A stretch of DNA of 60,072 nucleotides, the filler included, from Hausera hauseri (taxonomy: Eukaryota), in assembly GCA_046269625.1 (NCBI GenBank). It is 9 parts of 9 records of this genome, joined end to end, with 100 filler letters (N's around TTAATTAATTAA, not from the genome) between each part and the next. Parts side by side here need not be neighbours in the genome. Positions count along the whole stretch, not along the records: positions 22,967 to 36,960 come from JBJURY010722101.1; 8 more parts are not named here. One strand, 5' to 3'. The position numbers were made by a program, and so were the translations under genes. Under the pieces are notes generated by a model. That model had not been told where the DNA came from and searched no databases. It was given only the letters and a program-made list of their open reading frames with translations. Positions within the stretch are counted from its first letter, which is position 1. Each line of letters opens with the position of its first letter. Positions 25,290-35,169 of the stretch are shown here, one piece after another.

Positions 25290-25358
25290 TGAAGAATAGT
25301 GTTTAAAAATGCATATATAGCTGTTAACTATAAGGTAACTTTTTAGAAGTTTTTTTTA
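25290..25358 (+). tRNA. trnN: mt tRNA-Asn (GTT)
   Basis: Anticodon arm TATAG-CTGTTAA-CTATA. Confidence 0.8.
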
Positions 25359-25359
25359 G

Positions 25360-25544
25360 TTTAAAAATTTTTCTTAAAAAAAGTAAAGGTTGGTAAAAAT
25401 AATAAGATATTAAAGATTAAAGAATTAGTGAAATACTTATATAAATAGAGATATAGTTATATATATATTAATATATAGGTAAGAATATATTGTTATATAA
25501 TATAATTTATTTAAATTGAGGGTGTTTTTGTGTTTAAAAATTTT
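25360..25544. promoter_or_regulatory. AT-rich mitochondrial non-coding region, putative control region
   Basis: Longest intergenic stretch; TA-rich tracts; loses the T skew of the flanking genes. Confidence 0.55.
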
Positions 25545-25614
25545 TCTTAAAATAGCTTAAGGGAAGAGTTTACTATTCTTAATAGTGAGATAGATTATGA
25601 AGTCTTTTTAGGGT
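25545..25614 (+). tRNA. trnK: mt tRNA-Lys (CTT)
   Basis: Anticodon arm TACTA-TTCTTAA-TAGTG; CTT fits AAG-only Lys. Confidence 0.75.
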
Positions 25615-25628
25615 AAAATTATTAATTT

Positions 25629-25693
25629 GGAGGTAATTTATGTTTTATTTTGAAAGTAAGAATTAAAAAATTAATTAATTTTTTTTGTCTCTT
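25629..25693 (+). tRNA. trnS2: mt tRNA-Ser2 (TGA), D-arm reduced
   Basis: Anticodon arm TTTAT-TTTGAAA-GTAAG; acceptor GGAGGTA/TGTCTCT. Confidence 0.6.
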
Positions 25694-25699
25694 TGGAGG

Positions 25700-25764
25700 G
25701 TAAAGTAATTTAAGTTAGAATGTTATTTTGTGGGTGTAAATGTATGTTAGTTGTAAGTTTTGCA
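25700..25764 (+). tRNA. mt tRNA, His (GTG) or Thr (TGT); register ambiguous
   Basis: Acceptor GTAAAGT/GTTTTGC; loop region TTTGTGG. Confidence 0.45.
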
Positions 25765-25847
25765 TGGGATATCTTTACTTATCTCTTTTCTATATTTGTA
25801 GAATATATTTTAAATTGTATTAGGTTTTTTTGTAGAAATGTATTTAT

Positions 25848-26989
25848 ATGTTTTTATTAAGTAGAAGTCGGATAATAGTTTTTCGTTTAGAAGAGGTTAT
25901 TTTGAAGGCTGTTGGTTCTGTTGTGATTCATTTACCTTGTCCTAAGAAAATAAGTTATTATTGGAAATTTGGTAGGTTACTTGGAGTTTTTTTATTTATT
26001 CAGATAATAACTGGAGTTTTTCTTTCTTTTTATTATGAAAGTAGTTTATTAACTGTATTTGGTACTGTAGATTCTTTAATGCGTGATGTGTCAGGTGGTT
26101 GGTTTGTTCGTTTATGTCATGCTAAAGGTGCTTCTTTTTTTTTTTTTTTTTGTACTGTCATATGTTTCGTGGGTTATATTATGGTTCTTTTTATTTGATA
26201 ACTGTATGATTAGTAGGTTGTTTGATATTTTTGTTGTCTATGGTAGTTGCTTTTTTGGGTTATGTGTTACCTTGAGGTCAGATGTCTTTTTGGGGAGCGA
26301 CTGTTATTACTAATTTGTTTTCTGCTGTTCCGTATTTAGGTGATTTTTTAGTTATTTGATTATGGGGTGGTTATTCTGTGTCTTCTCCTACTTTAGTTCG
26401 TTTTTTTAGTTTACATTTTTTGCTTCCGTTTGTTATACTATTGTTAGTTGTTATACATGTAGTTTATTTGCATGAGAGTGGAAGTAATAATCCTTTAGGA
26501 GTTTCTTCTGATGGTGATAAGATTATTTTCTTTCCTTTTTTTGCTTTAAAGGATGTTTATGGTTTTTTTGTTGTTAGTTTAGTTTTTTTTTTTGTTATTT
26601 TAGGGTTTCCTTATATTTTTATGGATTGTGATAAATTTTTGTTGGCTAAAATTTTAGTTACTCCTTCTCATATACAACCTGAGTGATATTTTCTTGCAGC
26701 ATATGCTGTATTGCGTTCAGTTCCTAATAAGTTGGGTGGTGTAATTGGTTTAGTTATGTTTGTTTTAATTTATTTTTTTCTTCCTTTATTTGTTTTAAAG
26801 GGTGAATGTTTATTTACTTGGGTTGGAAGTTTTAGTGTTGTTTTTCAGAGATTATTTTTTTTTTTTATAGTAAATTTTATTTTGTTGACATGGATAGGAT
26901 CTAATTCTGTAGAAGATCCTTATATTTTTTTGGGACGTATTTTTGCTTTATTTTATTTTTTATTTTTTTTTGTTTATATGTTGTTTTAA
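25848..26989 (+). CDS. cob: Cytochrome b; one-base frameshift in the T17 run at 26135-26151
   Basis: [51 protein letters not shown]. Confidence 0.97.
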
Positions 26990-26992
26990 GTG

Positions 26993-27064
26993 TAACTTAG
27001 TAGCTTAAAATTTGAAGAGTGGGGTTTTGAAGGGACTCAGGTTGAATGTTATTTCCTATGTTGG
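26993..27064 (+). tRNA. trnF: mt tRNA-Phe (GAA)
   Basis: Anticodon arm GGGTT-TTGAAGG-GACTC. Confidence 0.65.
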
Positions 27065-27905
27065 TTTTATGTTTAGGTGAATTTTATTTTGGTTCTATGA
27101 ATTAGGTGATTTTGTTAAAATACTACTGAGTGATTTTTTGTGAGAAAAATTTAGGGTTGAAGTTTTGTTTAAGGTATGAATATTTTTGTGTTTGAGTTTT
27201 GTTTTATATATGTAATTAAGAAGAAGTTGATGAAATTTATGGGTAGTAAAATAGAGTGCCAGCAGCTGCGGTTATACTTGGTTCCTTTTAATCTAATGTT
27301 TAGGAGTAAAATATTTTATTTTATGTTTTTGATAAATTTTGTTTTAAAAATAGATGAGTTTATTATTGTTTAAGGTGATGGCTTGTTTTTTTTAGATTTA
27401 TGTTTTTTTGTTTTAGGTATTCTAATTTTTCTATTTAAACTAAGATTTGGTACCTTATTATAGGTTTATAATGAAGTTTTTTTCCATAGAGAATAAAAAA
27501 ATTTGGCAGTGAGTAAAATTTTCTGGGGAGTGTGTGGTTTAGAGGAAGGTACACTTACTATTTGAACAATTTTAATTTATTTTGGTTAGTGTACGGTTGT
27601 ATTTGTTTTGTGATTAGAGGGGCAGAGTTTCTTTTTTAAGGAGGTTTCTTAGAAAAATTCTGTTTTACAAATCAGTGTGCTGCAATAAGTTGGTTTATTC
27701 ATTCACTACGTTGATAGGATTTTTATAGAATGGCTTGTTGGCTATATATATGGGATTTTTTAGGACTAGAAAGTAAAAGAGTGTTATAAAATTGAGTTAG
27801 TTTTTTTGAATTTTTTTTTTATTTGTGTACACACCGCCCGTCAATTTTCTTAGGAAAGTAAGTCGTAACATGGTAAGTTTAACTGAAGTTGAACTTAAGT
27901 TTGTG
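27065..27905 (+). rRNA. rrnS: mt small-subunit rRNA (12S)
   Basis: GTGCCAGCAGCTGCGGTTATAC (~27256), GTACACACCGCCCGTCA (~27827), AAGTCGTAACATGGTA (~27860). Confidence 0.95.
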
Positions 27906-27907
27906 GT

Positions 27908-27977
27908 AAGTTTTTTAGTTCTTTCTTTAGAATTTTAGGTTTGTCGATTTTGTAGTTCGTTGGTGGTTCAAGGTTTT
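27908..27977 (+). tRNA. trnD: mt tRNA-Asp (GTC), tentative
   Basis: D-arm GTTCT..AGAAT, loop TTGTCGA; stems weak. Confidence 0.45.
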
Positions 27978-28986
27978 GTCCAGGAAAGGTGTTGTTTTTG
28001 TGTATGTTTAGATTTTGTTATATGATTTTTACTTTTTGTATCACGGTTCTAAGAGAATTTAGAATGTATTTATTTTTTCTCGATTTAAGAAGATTTTTTT
28101 TTTTCTTTTGTGTGTTTTTCTTGTTAAAAGTTGTTGAAAAGAGAATTAAGGGAGAGATATTTTTGTCGATTTTTAAATACTAGTTTAAGTTTTAGGGTTT
28201 GGATAATCAAATGTGAATTTATGAAAGATAAGGAGAAGAGAGGTTAAGATGTTTTTGAGGTGATATTACTCATTTTGGTTTTGTATCTTGCTTTTATATA
28301 TTTAGTTTTTTATTTTACTTTATTTTTTTGTGTTTAGTTTAATTTAGGAATTAGTTTAAAAGACTTTATTATTTATTCAATGTGTAACTCTAACTGTTTA
28401 TTAAAAACATTTCTTTTTAGTTTTTATAAAAGGTTTTCTCTGCTCGATGATGGTAAAAATTATTATTAAATTGCTGCAGTATTTTGACTGTGCTAAGGTA
28501 GCATAATTACTTGTCTATTAATTGTAGAATTGATTGAATGGGGTTTATTTTAAGGATTTGGGTTGATTTTAGTAATATTTTGTTGTAAGTTTTATATATT
28601 TAAATTTAAAATTTTGGTTAAGATTCCATTAAGGTTTATAAAAGATTGGTTTTAGACGAGAAGACCCTATTAGAGCTTGAATTGGATTTTATTTTTGTAT
28701 ATTTTGATTTTTAATGGGGAATTATTATCTTTTTTAGATTTAGAAGTTTTTGTGAAAAAGTTTCCTTAGGGATAACAGGAATATAATACTTTAGAGAGCT
28801 TATCGAAGGTTTTGTTTTTTACCTCGATGTTGAATTACTATGTTTTTATGGTGTAGAAGTTATGTGAAAATTAGTCTGTTCGACTATTGAAATAGTACGT
28901 GATTTGAGTTTAGACCGGTGATGAATCAGGTTGGTTTCTATCTAGAAGTTTTTTTGTTTAGTACGAAAGGATTAATAAAAGTTTTG
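27978..28986 (+). rRNA. rrnL: mt large-subunit rRNA (16S)
   Basis: GACTGTGCTAAGGTAGCATAAT, GACGAGAAGACCCTA, TAGGGATAACAG, ACCTCGATGTTG, TAGTACGAAAGGA. Confidence 0.95.
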
Positions 28987-29059
28987 TTTTAAGTGGCAGA
29001 AAAGTTTTAGATGTGTGGAATTTAAGCTTCTAAGATGGATTTTTTTGATCCCTTAAAAG
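28987..29059 (+). tRNA. trnL2: mt tRNA-Leu2 (TAA)
   Basis: TGGCAGA D-arm start; TGGAA-TTTAAGC-TTCTA; acceptor TTTTAAG/CTTAAAA. Confidence 0.85.
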
Positions 29060-29060
29060 T

Positions 29061-29130
29061 TTAAGAGTGGCAGAATAAATTAAGAATGTATTAGTTTTAG
29101 GAACTAAAGATGTAGATTATATCTCTTAAA
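29061..29130 (+). tRNA. trnL1: mt tRNA-Leu1 (TAG)
   Basis: TTAGT-TTTAGGA-ACTAA; acceptor TTAAGAG/CTCTTAA. Confidence 0.85.
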
Positions 29131-29134
29131 GATA

Positions 29135-29201
29135 GGATATGTTTTAGTGGTTAAAATTTTTTTGTGGGGGGGGGTTCATGGAGAGAAAATTTTTGTATCT
29201 T
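29135..29201 (+). tRNA. mt tRNA, Thr (TGT) or His (GTG); register ambiguous
   Basis: Acceptor GGATATG/TGTATCT; D-arm TTTAG..TTAAA; anticodon arm formed by T7-GT-G9. Confidence 0.4.
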
Positions 29202-29271
29202 TAGATATCTATAAAGATGGTTTTTGATAAATAAAGGTATTTTTTGAATTATTAAAATTTGTTGGGGGAGA

Positions 29272-29339
29272 GTCTTTTTAGTTTAAGTTTTTAGAATTTA
29301 TTATTTGCGTTAATAAGGTTGATTTATTTTGAGAAGATA
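29272..29339 (+). tRNA. trnA: mt tRNA-Ala (TGC)
   Basis: TATTA-TTTGCGT-TAATA. Confidence 0.75.
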
Positions 29340-29347
29340 AGAGTTTT

Positions 29348-29420
29348 ATAAAAGGTCTATATATTTGGTTTGAAAGCTGCTAACTTTTGAATGTGGAGTT
29401 TATAACTTTACACTTTTATA
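29348..29420 (+). tRNA. trnS1: mt tRNA-Ser1 (GCT)
   Basis: GAAAG-CTGCTAA-CTTTT. Confidence 0.8.
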
Positions 29421-29438
29421 TTTTTGGTATTTTTTACT

Positions 29439-29507
29439 TGCAAGATACTTGAGTAAAGTGCTTAGTTTCGGCCTAAGTGGTATGGATTGTTTGGTCTTTT
29501 TTTGTAG
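29439..29507 (+). tRNA. trnR: mt tRNA-Arg (TCG)
   Basis: CTTAG-TTTCGGC-CTAAG. Confidence 0.85.
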
Positions 29508-29525
29508 TTATTTTGTATTTAAAAG

Positions 29526-30305
29526 TTGTATAGTAGTTTTCATTTAGTTTCTGTTAGTTTATGGCCTATATTAAATTCTTTTGTTATTTGGAGGTTATTG
29601 GTGTTTAGTGTTTTTTGATGACATTATGGAGTTAGTGATTTTTTTTTTTTTGCTTTATTTACTTTAGTTTTTACTATGTTTTGTTGATGGTATGATGTTT
29701 TAATTGAGAAAAATTTAGGTTTTCATAGTAGTAAAGTTTCTTTAGGTTTTCGGTATGGTATAATTTTTTTCATAATTTCAGAGGTTTTTTTTTTTGTTAG
29801 ATTTTTTTGGGGTTATTTTCATAAATGTTGAAGTCCTAGGATTGAAATAAATGTTTGACCTCCTTATGGTTTTGTAGATTTGGTAATAGATCCTTTTTCT
29901 GTTCCTTTATTAAACACTGTATTATTATTGTCTTCTGGAGTTAGAATAACTTTTTGTCATCATAGGATGGTTGGTCAATTATTTAATGGAGTTTTAGTTG
30001 GTTTTATTATTACTTTGTTTTTTGGTTTTTTTTTTATTTTTGTACAGGCTAGTGAGTATGCTTATGGTTATTTTTCGATAAATTCTAGGATATATGGTAC
30101 TACTTTTTTTTTGTTAACAGGTTTTCATGGGATGCATGTTTTGGTTGGAGTAAGAATGATTTTGTTTAATTTTTTTCGTTTTGTCTTTAGTTTAGATTTT
30201 TCTAATGTTGTTCATGTTGGATTTGAGGCTGCTGTGTGATATTGACATTTTGTTGATGTTGTATGAATATTTCTTTTTTTTTTTGTTTATTGATATGGGT
30301 TTTAA
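29526..30305 (+). CDS. cox3: Cytochrome c oxidase subunit 3 (TTG start)
   Basis: FHLVSVSLWP, FIISEVFFF, PLLNT, TGFHGMHV, AAVWYWHFVDVVW; TAA at 30303-30305. Confidence 0.97.
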
Positions 30306-30310
30306 GTATT

Positions 30311-30384
30311 TATTATAAGGACTGCGATATGTAGGTTACTGCGATATAGTAAAGTTTTGAGTTTAAGTATTTTCTCCTATAATA
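30311..30384 (+). tRNA. trnI: mt tRNA-Ile (GAT)
   Basis: TTACT-GCGATAT-AGTAA. Confidence 0.7.
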
Positions 30385-30385
30385 A

Positions 30386-30452
30386 AGTTCTTAAGTTAAG
30401 TTAAGACTGTAAGTTTTCAAAATTTGTAGTAATGTTTTATTAGTTAGAATTT
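30386..30452 (+). tRNA. trnW: mt tRNA-Trp (TCA)
   Basis: TAAGTTAA D-arm start; TAAGT-TTTCAAA-ATTTG. Confidence 0.7.
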
Positions 30453-30460
30453 AAATTTTA

Positions 30461-30522
30461 ACTTTTTGAGTGTTTATGCATGAAAAATTTTGGGTTTTTT
30501 GGAAAGTGAAGTCTTAGAAAGT
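30461..30522 (+). tRNA. trnQ: mt tRNA-Gln (TTG)
   Basis: AAAAA-TTTTGGG-TTTTT. Confidence 0.65.
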
Positions 30523-30540
30523 AGAAAAGAAGAGGTTTTG

Positions 30541-31212
30541 ATGATGGATTTATTTTCTAGTTTGGATTATTGTTGAAGAAGGTTAAAGTTTCTAAAATAT
30601 GTGAGTTTTTCTTGGTTTTTTGTTTTTATTTTGGTTTTATTTCTTTTTTGTGGTTTGTATTTAGGTTCTTTTTTCTTTTGTGGTAGTAGTTTATACTTAA
30701 GTAGTGTTTGAATAAGAAAGTTAAGTACTAAAAGTATGTTAGTTTTAGTGGTTATTTATATTTTTCAGTTTATTTTAGTGGGTAAAATTTTTGGTTTATT
30801 TCCTTACTATTTTAGAGTTACTAGTCAAATTTTATTTAATCTTTGTATTTCTTTTTTTATATGGTATGGTGTTGTCAGTTATTTTGTTAGTTTTTCTTTA
30901 ATTGGGTTTTTTTCTCATTTAACTCCTAGTGGTTCTCCTTTAATTTTAGTTCCTTTATTAAAAGTAGTTGAGATGGTTAGGATTTTAATTCGTTTTTTAA
31001 CTTTAGCTTTACGTTTAGGTGTTAAAATAACAACTGGTCATATTTTTTTAACTTTAATAGGTTTTGGTAGTAGTGTTATTGTTAGTTGGTTTACTTATTT
31101 TTTAGTTTTGTTTATTTTAGTTGGTTATTGTCTATTTGAATTTGGAGTTGGTTTGATACAGTCTTTTGTATTTAGTTTATTAGTTGTGCAATATGCAGAT
31201 GAAGTTTTTTAA
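30541..31212 (+). CDS. atp6: ATP synthase F0 subunit 6
   Basis: MMDLFSSLD start, NIFGLFPY, HLTPSGSP, LTLALRLGVNITTGH, IQSFVFSLL. Confidence 0.95.
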
Positions 31213-31226
31213 AAGAGGTTTATTTT

Positions 31227-31297
31227 TATGATGTAGTATATTTTGAGTATAGTTAGTTTACGTCTAATTGGTAAAGGTTTTTATGTTTTGTCATATT
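31227..31297 (+). tRNA. trnV: mt tRNA-Val (TAC)
   Basis: GTTAG-TTTACGT-CTAAT. Confidence 0.8.
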
Positions 31298-31298
31298 T

Positions 31299-31363
31299 CG
31301 AATAGTAAGTTAATAAAAACTGTTTGATTCATGGTCAAATTTTAAAGGTGATTTTCTATTTGT
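31299..31363 (+). tRNA. trnM: mt tRNA-Met (CAT)
   Basis: TTTGA-TTCATGG-TCAAA. Confidence 0.8.
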
Positions 31364-31378
31364 TTAGTACTTTAGGGG

Positions 31379-32310
31379 TTGTTTTTATTGTTTAGTTGGG
31401 TTAGATCTTTAGTTGGTATAGTTGTTTCTGTAGTTTTTTTTACTATGTTAGAGCGTAAGGTTATGAGTTATGTGCAGTTTCGTAAGGGGCCGAAAAAGGT
31501 TGGGTTTTTAGGTTTATTAACTCCTATTTCTGATGCTTTAAAGTTGTTGGTTAAGTCTATGGGTTTAATGAGTGTTTCTAATTATTTTCTTTTTATTTTT
31601 AGTCCTTTATTGGCTGCTTTATTAATGTTAATTGTTTGGATTTTGTTTCCATTTGCTTGAGATAATTTAGTGGTTTATTTTGGATTTGTTTTTTTTTTTT
31701 GTGTTAGAAGATTAAATGTTTATAGTTTATTGGGTTCTGGTTGAGGTAGTAATTCTAAGTTTCCTTTATTGGGTTCTATTCGTGGGTGTGCTCAGACTAT
31801 TTCTTATGAAGTTTCTTTAATTTTTGTTGTTTTTATTCCTCTTTCTTTAGGTTCTAGGTTTAAAATATGATATTATATTTTTGGAAAAGGTGGTTTTTTT
31901 TTTTTTTTTTTTTTTTTTATTTTCTTTGTTTGAGTTGTAAGTTGTGTAGCTGAGACTAATCGGGCTCCTTTGGATTTTGCTGAAGGTGAGAGTGAATTAG
32001 TTTCTGGTTTTAAAACAGAGTATGGTGCTATGGAGTTTGCTTGTTTGTTTTTGGGTGAATATGGTCAAATTATTTTTTTAAAATTTTTGACTGTTGTTAT
32101 TTGGGTTATGTTGTTTTCTTTTTTTGATTTTAATATTTTTGTTTATTTATTTTTTCTTTTTTGAGTTATTGTGGGTGGAGTTGTTTTTAGTTTGGCTTAT
32201 ATTTGGTTTCGTTCTACTTTTCCTCGATTTCGGTATGATTTGTTGATGGAATTTTTATGATCTTTTGTTTTATGGTTTATTTTGTTATGATTTTTGTGTA
32301 TATTTGTTTT
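31379..32310 (+). CDS. nad1: NADH dehydrogenase subunit 1 (probably incomplete stop before trnG)
   Basis: [52 protein letters not shown]. Confidence 0.97.
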
Positions 32311-32378
32311 TTTTCTCATTAGTAAAAAGAGTTTTATATTTATTTTCCAAATAAAAGTTCCAAATTTGGATGGGAAAT
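32311..32378 (+). tRNA. trnG: mt tRNA-Gly (TCC)
   Basis: TTTAT-TTTCCAA-ATAAA. Confidence 0.8.
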
Positions 32379-32384
32379 ATTTTT

Positions 32385-32454
32385 TTATTAAGTAGTTTAA
32401 GGATAGAATGGAAAATTGTAAATTTTTAGGTATTGTATTTAGTTTCTTAATAAG
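32385..32454 (+). tRNA. trnY: mt tRNA-Tyr (GTA)
   Basis: GAAAA-TTGTAAA-TTTTT; acceptor TATTAAG/CTTAATA. Confidence 0.75.
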
Positions 32455-32471
32455 TTTTTGATTAGAGTAGT

Positions 32472-32641
32472 TTGATTCATTTGTCTAAAATAAATTTGTT
32501 GTTGATTTTTTTTTTTTTTTTTTTTTTTTTATTGTTGTTTTGGTTATTGTTAGGTTTTCTAGGTTTGTTTGTAATTCTGTAGTTATAGGTGGTGATCTTA
32601 TTAGTGTTGAGTTTGATGATGTTTTATATTTATTTGTTTAG
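32472..32641 (+). CDS. atp8: Candidate ATP synthase F0 subunit 8; frame uncertain after the T25 run
   Basis: TTG-initiated MIHLSNINLLLIFFFF resembles the ATP8 N-terminus MPQLSPxNWxxxF; single hydrophobic segment; fills the trnY-cox2 gap. Confidence 0.55.
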
Positions 32642-33302
32642 TTATAAGTTTTTATTTGGTGTAGATTTTAATTTGAAAAAAGCTGTATCTCCTGTGATGG
32701 AGGTTTTTGATTATTTTCATGATGAGGCTTTATATATTTTTTTTTTTATATCTTTTTTTGTTGGTTTTATTATATTTATTTATTTTTTGAATAAGAGTTT
32801 GTATTTGGATAAATTAGAGAAAAAGTTTTTAGAGATAGTATGAACTTTATTACCTGGGTTTATTTTGTTTTCTTTAGCTTTGCCTAGTTTAAATTTACTT
32901 TATTATATGGATTTTCCAACTTTTGTTGAGCCTGAATGTTCTTATAAGATTGTTGGTCATCAGTGATATTGGTCTTATAGTTTTAGTTGTTTTGGTGAGT
33001 GTTTTAATTATGATTCTTTTTTAGATAATTCGTTGTCTAGAAGTAATTTATGAAAATTGGAGGTTGGTTCTTCTTTGGTTGTTCCTTATGGTCAATTGGT
33101 TCGTTTGTTGGTGACTTCGGCTGATGTTATTCATAGGTTTGCTGTTCCTCAGTTTGGTGTTAAGATGGATGGTATTCCGGGACGTTTAAATCAAGTTTTC
33201 TTTTTTCCTGAGAGTGTTGGTGTTTTTTTTGGTCAGTGTTCTGAGATATGTGGGGTTAATCATTCTTTTATGCCTATTCAGGTTGAAGTTATTTCTATTT
33301 AG
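32616..33302 (+). CDS. cox2: Cytochrome c oxidase subunit 2 (start uncertain)
   Basis: [39 protein letters not shown]. Confidence 0.97.
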
Positions 33303-33338
33303 TTTTGATAATATGTGTTAAAATGAGGGTTAGGAGTT

Positions 33339-33405
33339 TTCTAGAAGTAGTTTAAGTAGAATAAGAACTTTGGGAGTTTTTGGTCTTAATGTAATTTTTA
33401 ATTGT
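33339..33405 (+). tRNA. trnP: mt tRNA-Pro (TGG)
   Basis: AGAAC-TTTGGGA-GTTTT. Confidence 0.75.
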
Positions 33406-33416
33406 TGAGTTTTTAG

Positions 33417-33788
33417 ATGAAGTTTTTTAAGATGTATTTATATTTGAGTTTTTTAGTTGGTTTGATTGTTCTTATGATTTTTTTGTTATTTGTTTGATTT
33501 TATTGGATGGATTTGGTAGTTAGTGGTTTAGATCGTGAGGTTGTTAGTTGTTTTGAGTGTGGTTTTGATGGAAAGGATTTGTCTCGTCTTCCTTTTTCTT
33601 TGCGGTTTTTTTTTATTGTTATTCTTTTTGTGATATTTGATATAGAAATATGTTTGTTAATGCAGCTTCCTTATGATATGCTTGGTTTTTTGTATATTTC
33701 TCGATTTTGGTATGTTTTTTTTGTTTTTCTATTATTAATTGGTGTTGTTATTGAGTTATTTTGTGGTTTGTTATATTGGAAGGTATAA
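33417..33788 (+). CDS. nad3: NADH dehydrogenase subunit 3
   Basis: [28 protein letters not shown]. Confidence 0.95.
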
Positions 33789-33800
33789 AAATAGGAAGGT

Positions 33801-34769
33801 GTGGTTTATTTTAGTGTTAGTATAGTTTCTATGTTGATAGGTTTGTTTGGTTTATTAAGTTTGTTTGTTTGTTTTGGTAGTGGAAATCTTATATTTTTCT
33901 TTTTTGGATTAGAGTTGAATGTGTATTTAGCTTTGTTATTAATTTACTACAAAAGGTATGTTGATATGTTTAGAATTTCTTTAGTGTATTATTTTGTGAT
34001 TAGTGTTTTAGCTTCTTTATTAGTTTTTTGGGGTTATTTGTTTTCTTCTTATTTAGTGTTTAGTATTGGTTTTATGTTTAAGTTGGGTTTTTTTCCTTTT
34101 GTATGGTGATTTCCTGTGATAGTTAGTAGTTTAGATTATTTTTCTTTTTTTTATTTGAAATTTGTTCAGAAGTTTTTGCCTTTTATTTTAGTCGTTGATA
34201 AAAATTTGTTTTTGAAAGATTTGGTCTATTTAGTTGTTTTAATTACTTATGTTTTTTCTATTGTTGGTTTATATTATGGTCAATTTAGAGTAAAGATTTT
34301 TTTAGCGTGGTCTTCTGCTTGTAAATTATGTTTGTTTTTTTTTCTTGGTTTTTTTAAATGATGATTTGGTGTAGTTTTTTTTTTTGTTTATAAATTATTT
34401 TTTTGTTTACTATTAGTTTGTTTGAGTTTAGAAAGTGTTTGTCACTATTGAGATGAATTATTTTTTGGAGGGAGTTTTTTTTCTTTTTGTATTTTTTTTA
34501 GGTTATTTGTTTTTATGGGGTTTCCTCCTTTTTTGGGGTTTTTTTTTAAGACTTTGGTTTTTTTTTCTTTAAGTACTTTAAGTATGGTTTATTTTAGGGT
34601 ATATATGTTTTTTTTTTTTGTGTTATTAATATTTTTGAAAGTTATTATGTATTTAGTGGTGGTTATAAAGTTTATTTTTTTAGATAAGGTTGTTTTTAAG
34701 ATTTTGTTTTGGAATTCTTGGATTTATTTGTATGTGTTGTTGTTTTTTAATTTAGTTTTTGTATTTTAG
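33801..34769 (+). CDS. nad2: NADH dehydrogenase subunit 2
   Basis: GLELN, FKLGFFPFVWW, QKFLP, LAWSS, GFPPFLGFFFK in one frame. Confidence 0.92.
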
Positions 34770-34787
34770 TAAAAGTTTGAATAATTG

Positions 34788-34853
34788 ATTAACTAGTATA
34801 AAGGAGTATTATTGATTGCAGATCTATAGGTGGGGAGTTTGTTCTGTTAGTTT
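34788..34853 (+). tRNA. trnC: mt tRNA-Cys (GCA)
   Basis: ATTGA-TTGCAGA-TCTAT. Confidence 0.7.
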
Positions 34854-34869
34854 GTTTAGTTGTACTTAA

Positions 34870-35169
34870 GTGTTTGTGAGGTTTGATTTAGTTATTGATT
34901 TTTTTTTTTTTTTTTTTTTTTTTTTCCATTTGTTAGTTGTATATTTGGTAGGTGTGCGGTTGTTAAAATTTTTGATTAGTGTGGAGTTTATTTTTTTGGT
35001 GATTTTTTTGTTTTTTAGATTATTTACCTTGAAGTATGAAAATAGTTATATTTTGTTATTTTTGTCTTTATTAGCTTGTGAGGCTAGTGTTGGTTTATCT
35101 GTATTAGTAAGTGTTTTTAGTTATTTTGATAAGGTAAATGTGAAGAGTAGTGTTTTTGTTGGTTGGTAG
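34870..35169 (+). CDS. nad4L: NADH dehydrogenase subunit 4L
   Basis: LLNFLISVEF, ACEASVGLSVLV; overlaps nad4. Confidence 0.92.
   Translation: MFVRFDLVIDFFFFFFFFFHLLVVYLVGVRLLKFLISVEFIFLVIFLFFRLFTLKYENSYILLFLSLLACEASVGLSVLVSVFSYFDKVNVKSSVFVGW

Noticed and set aside
27176-28183. ORFs 27176-27373 and 27989-28183
   Set aside because: They lie inside rrnS and rrnL.
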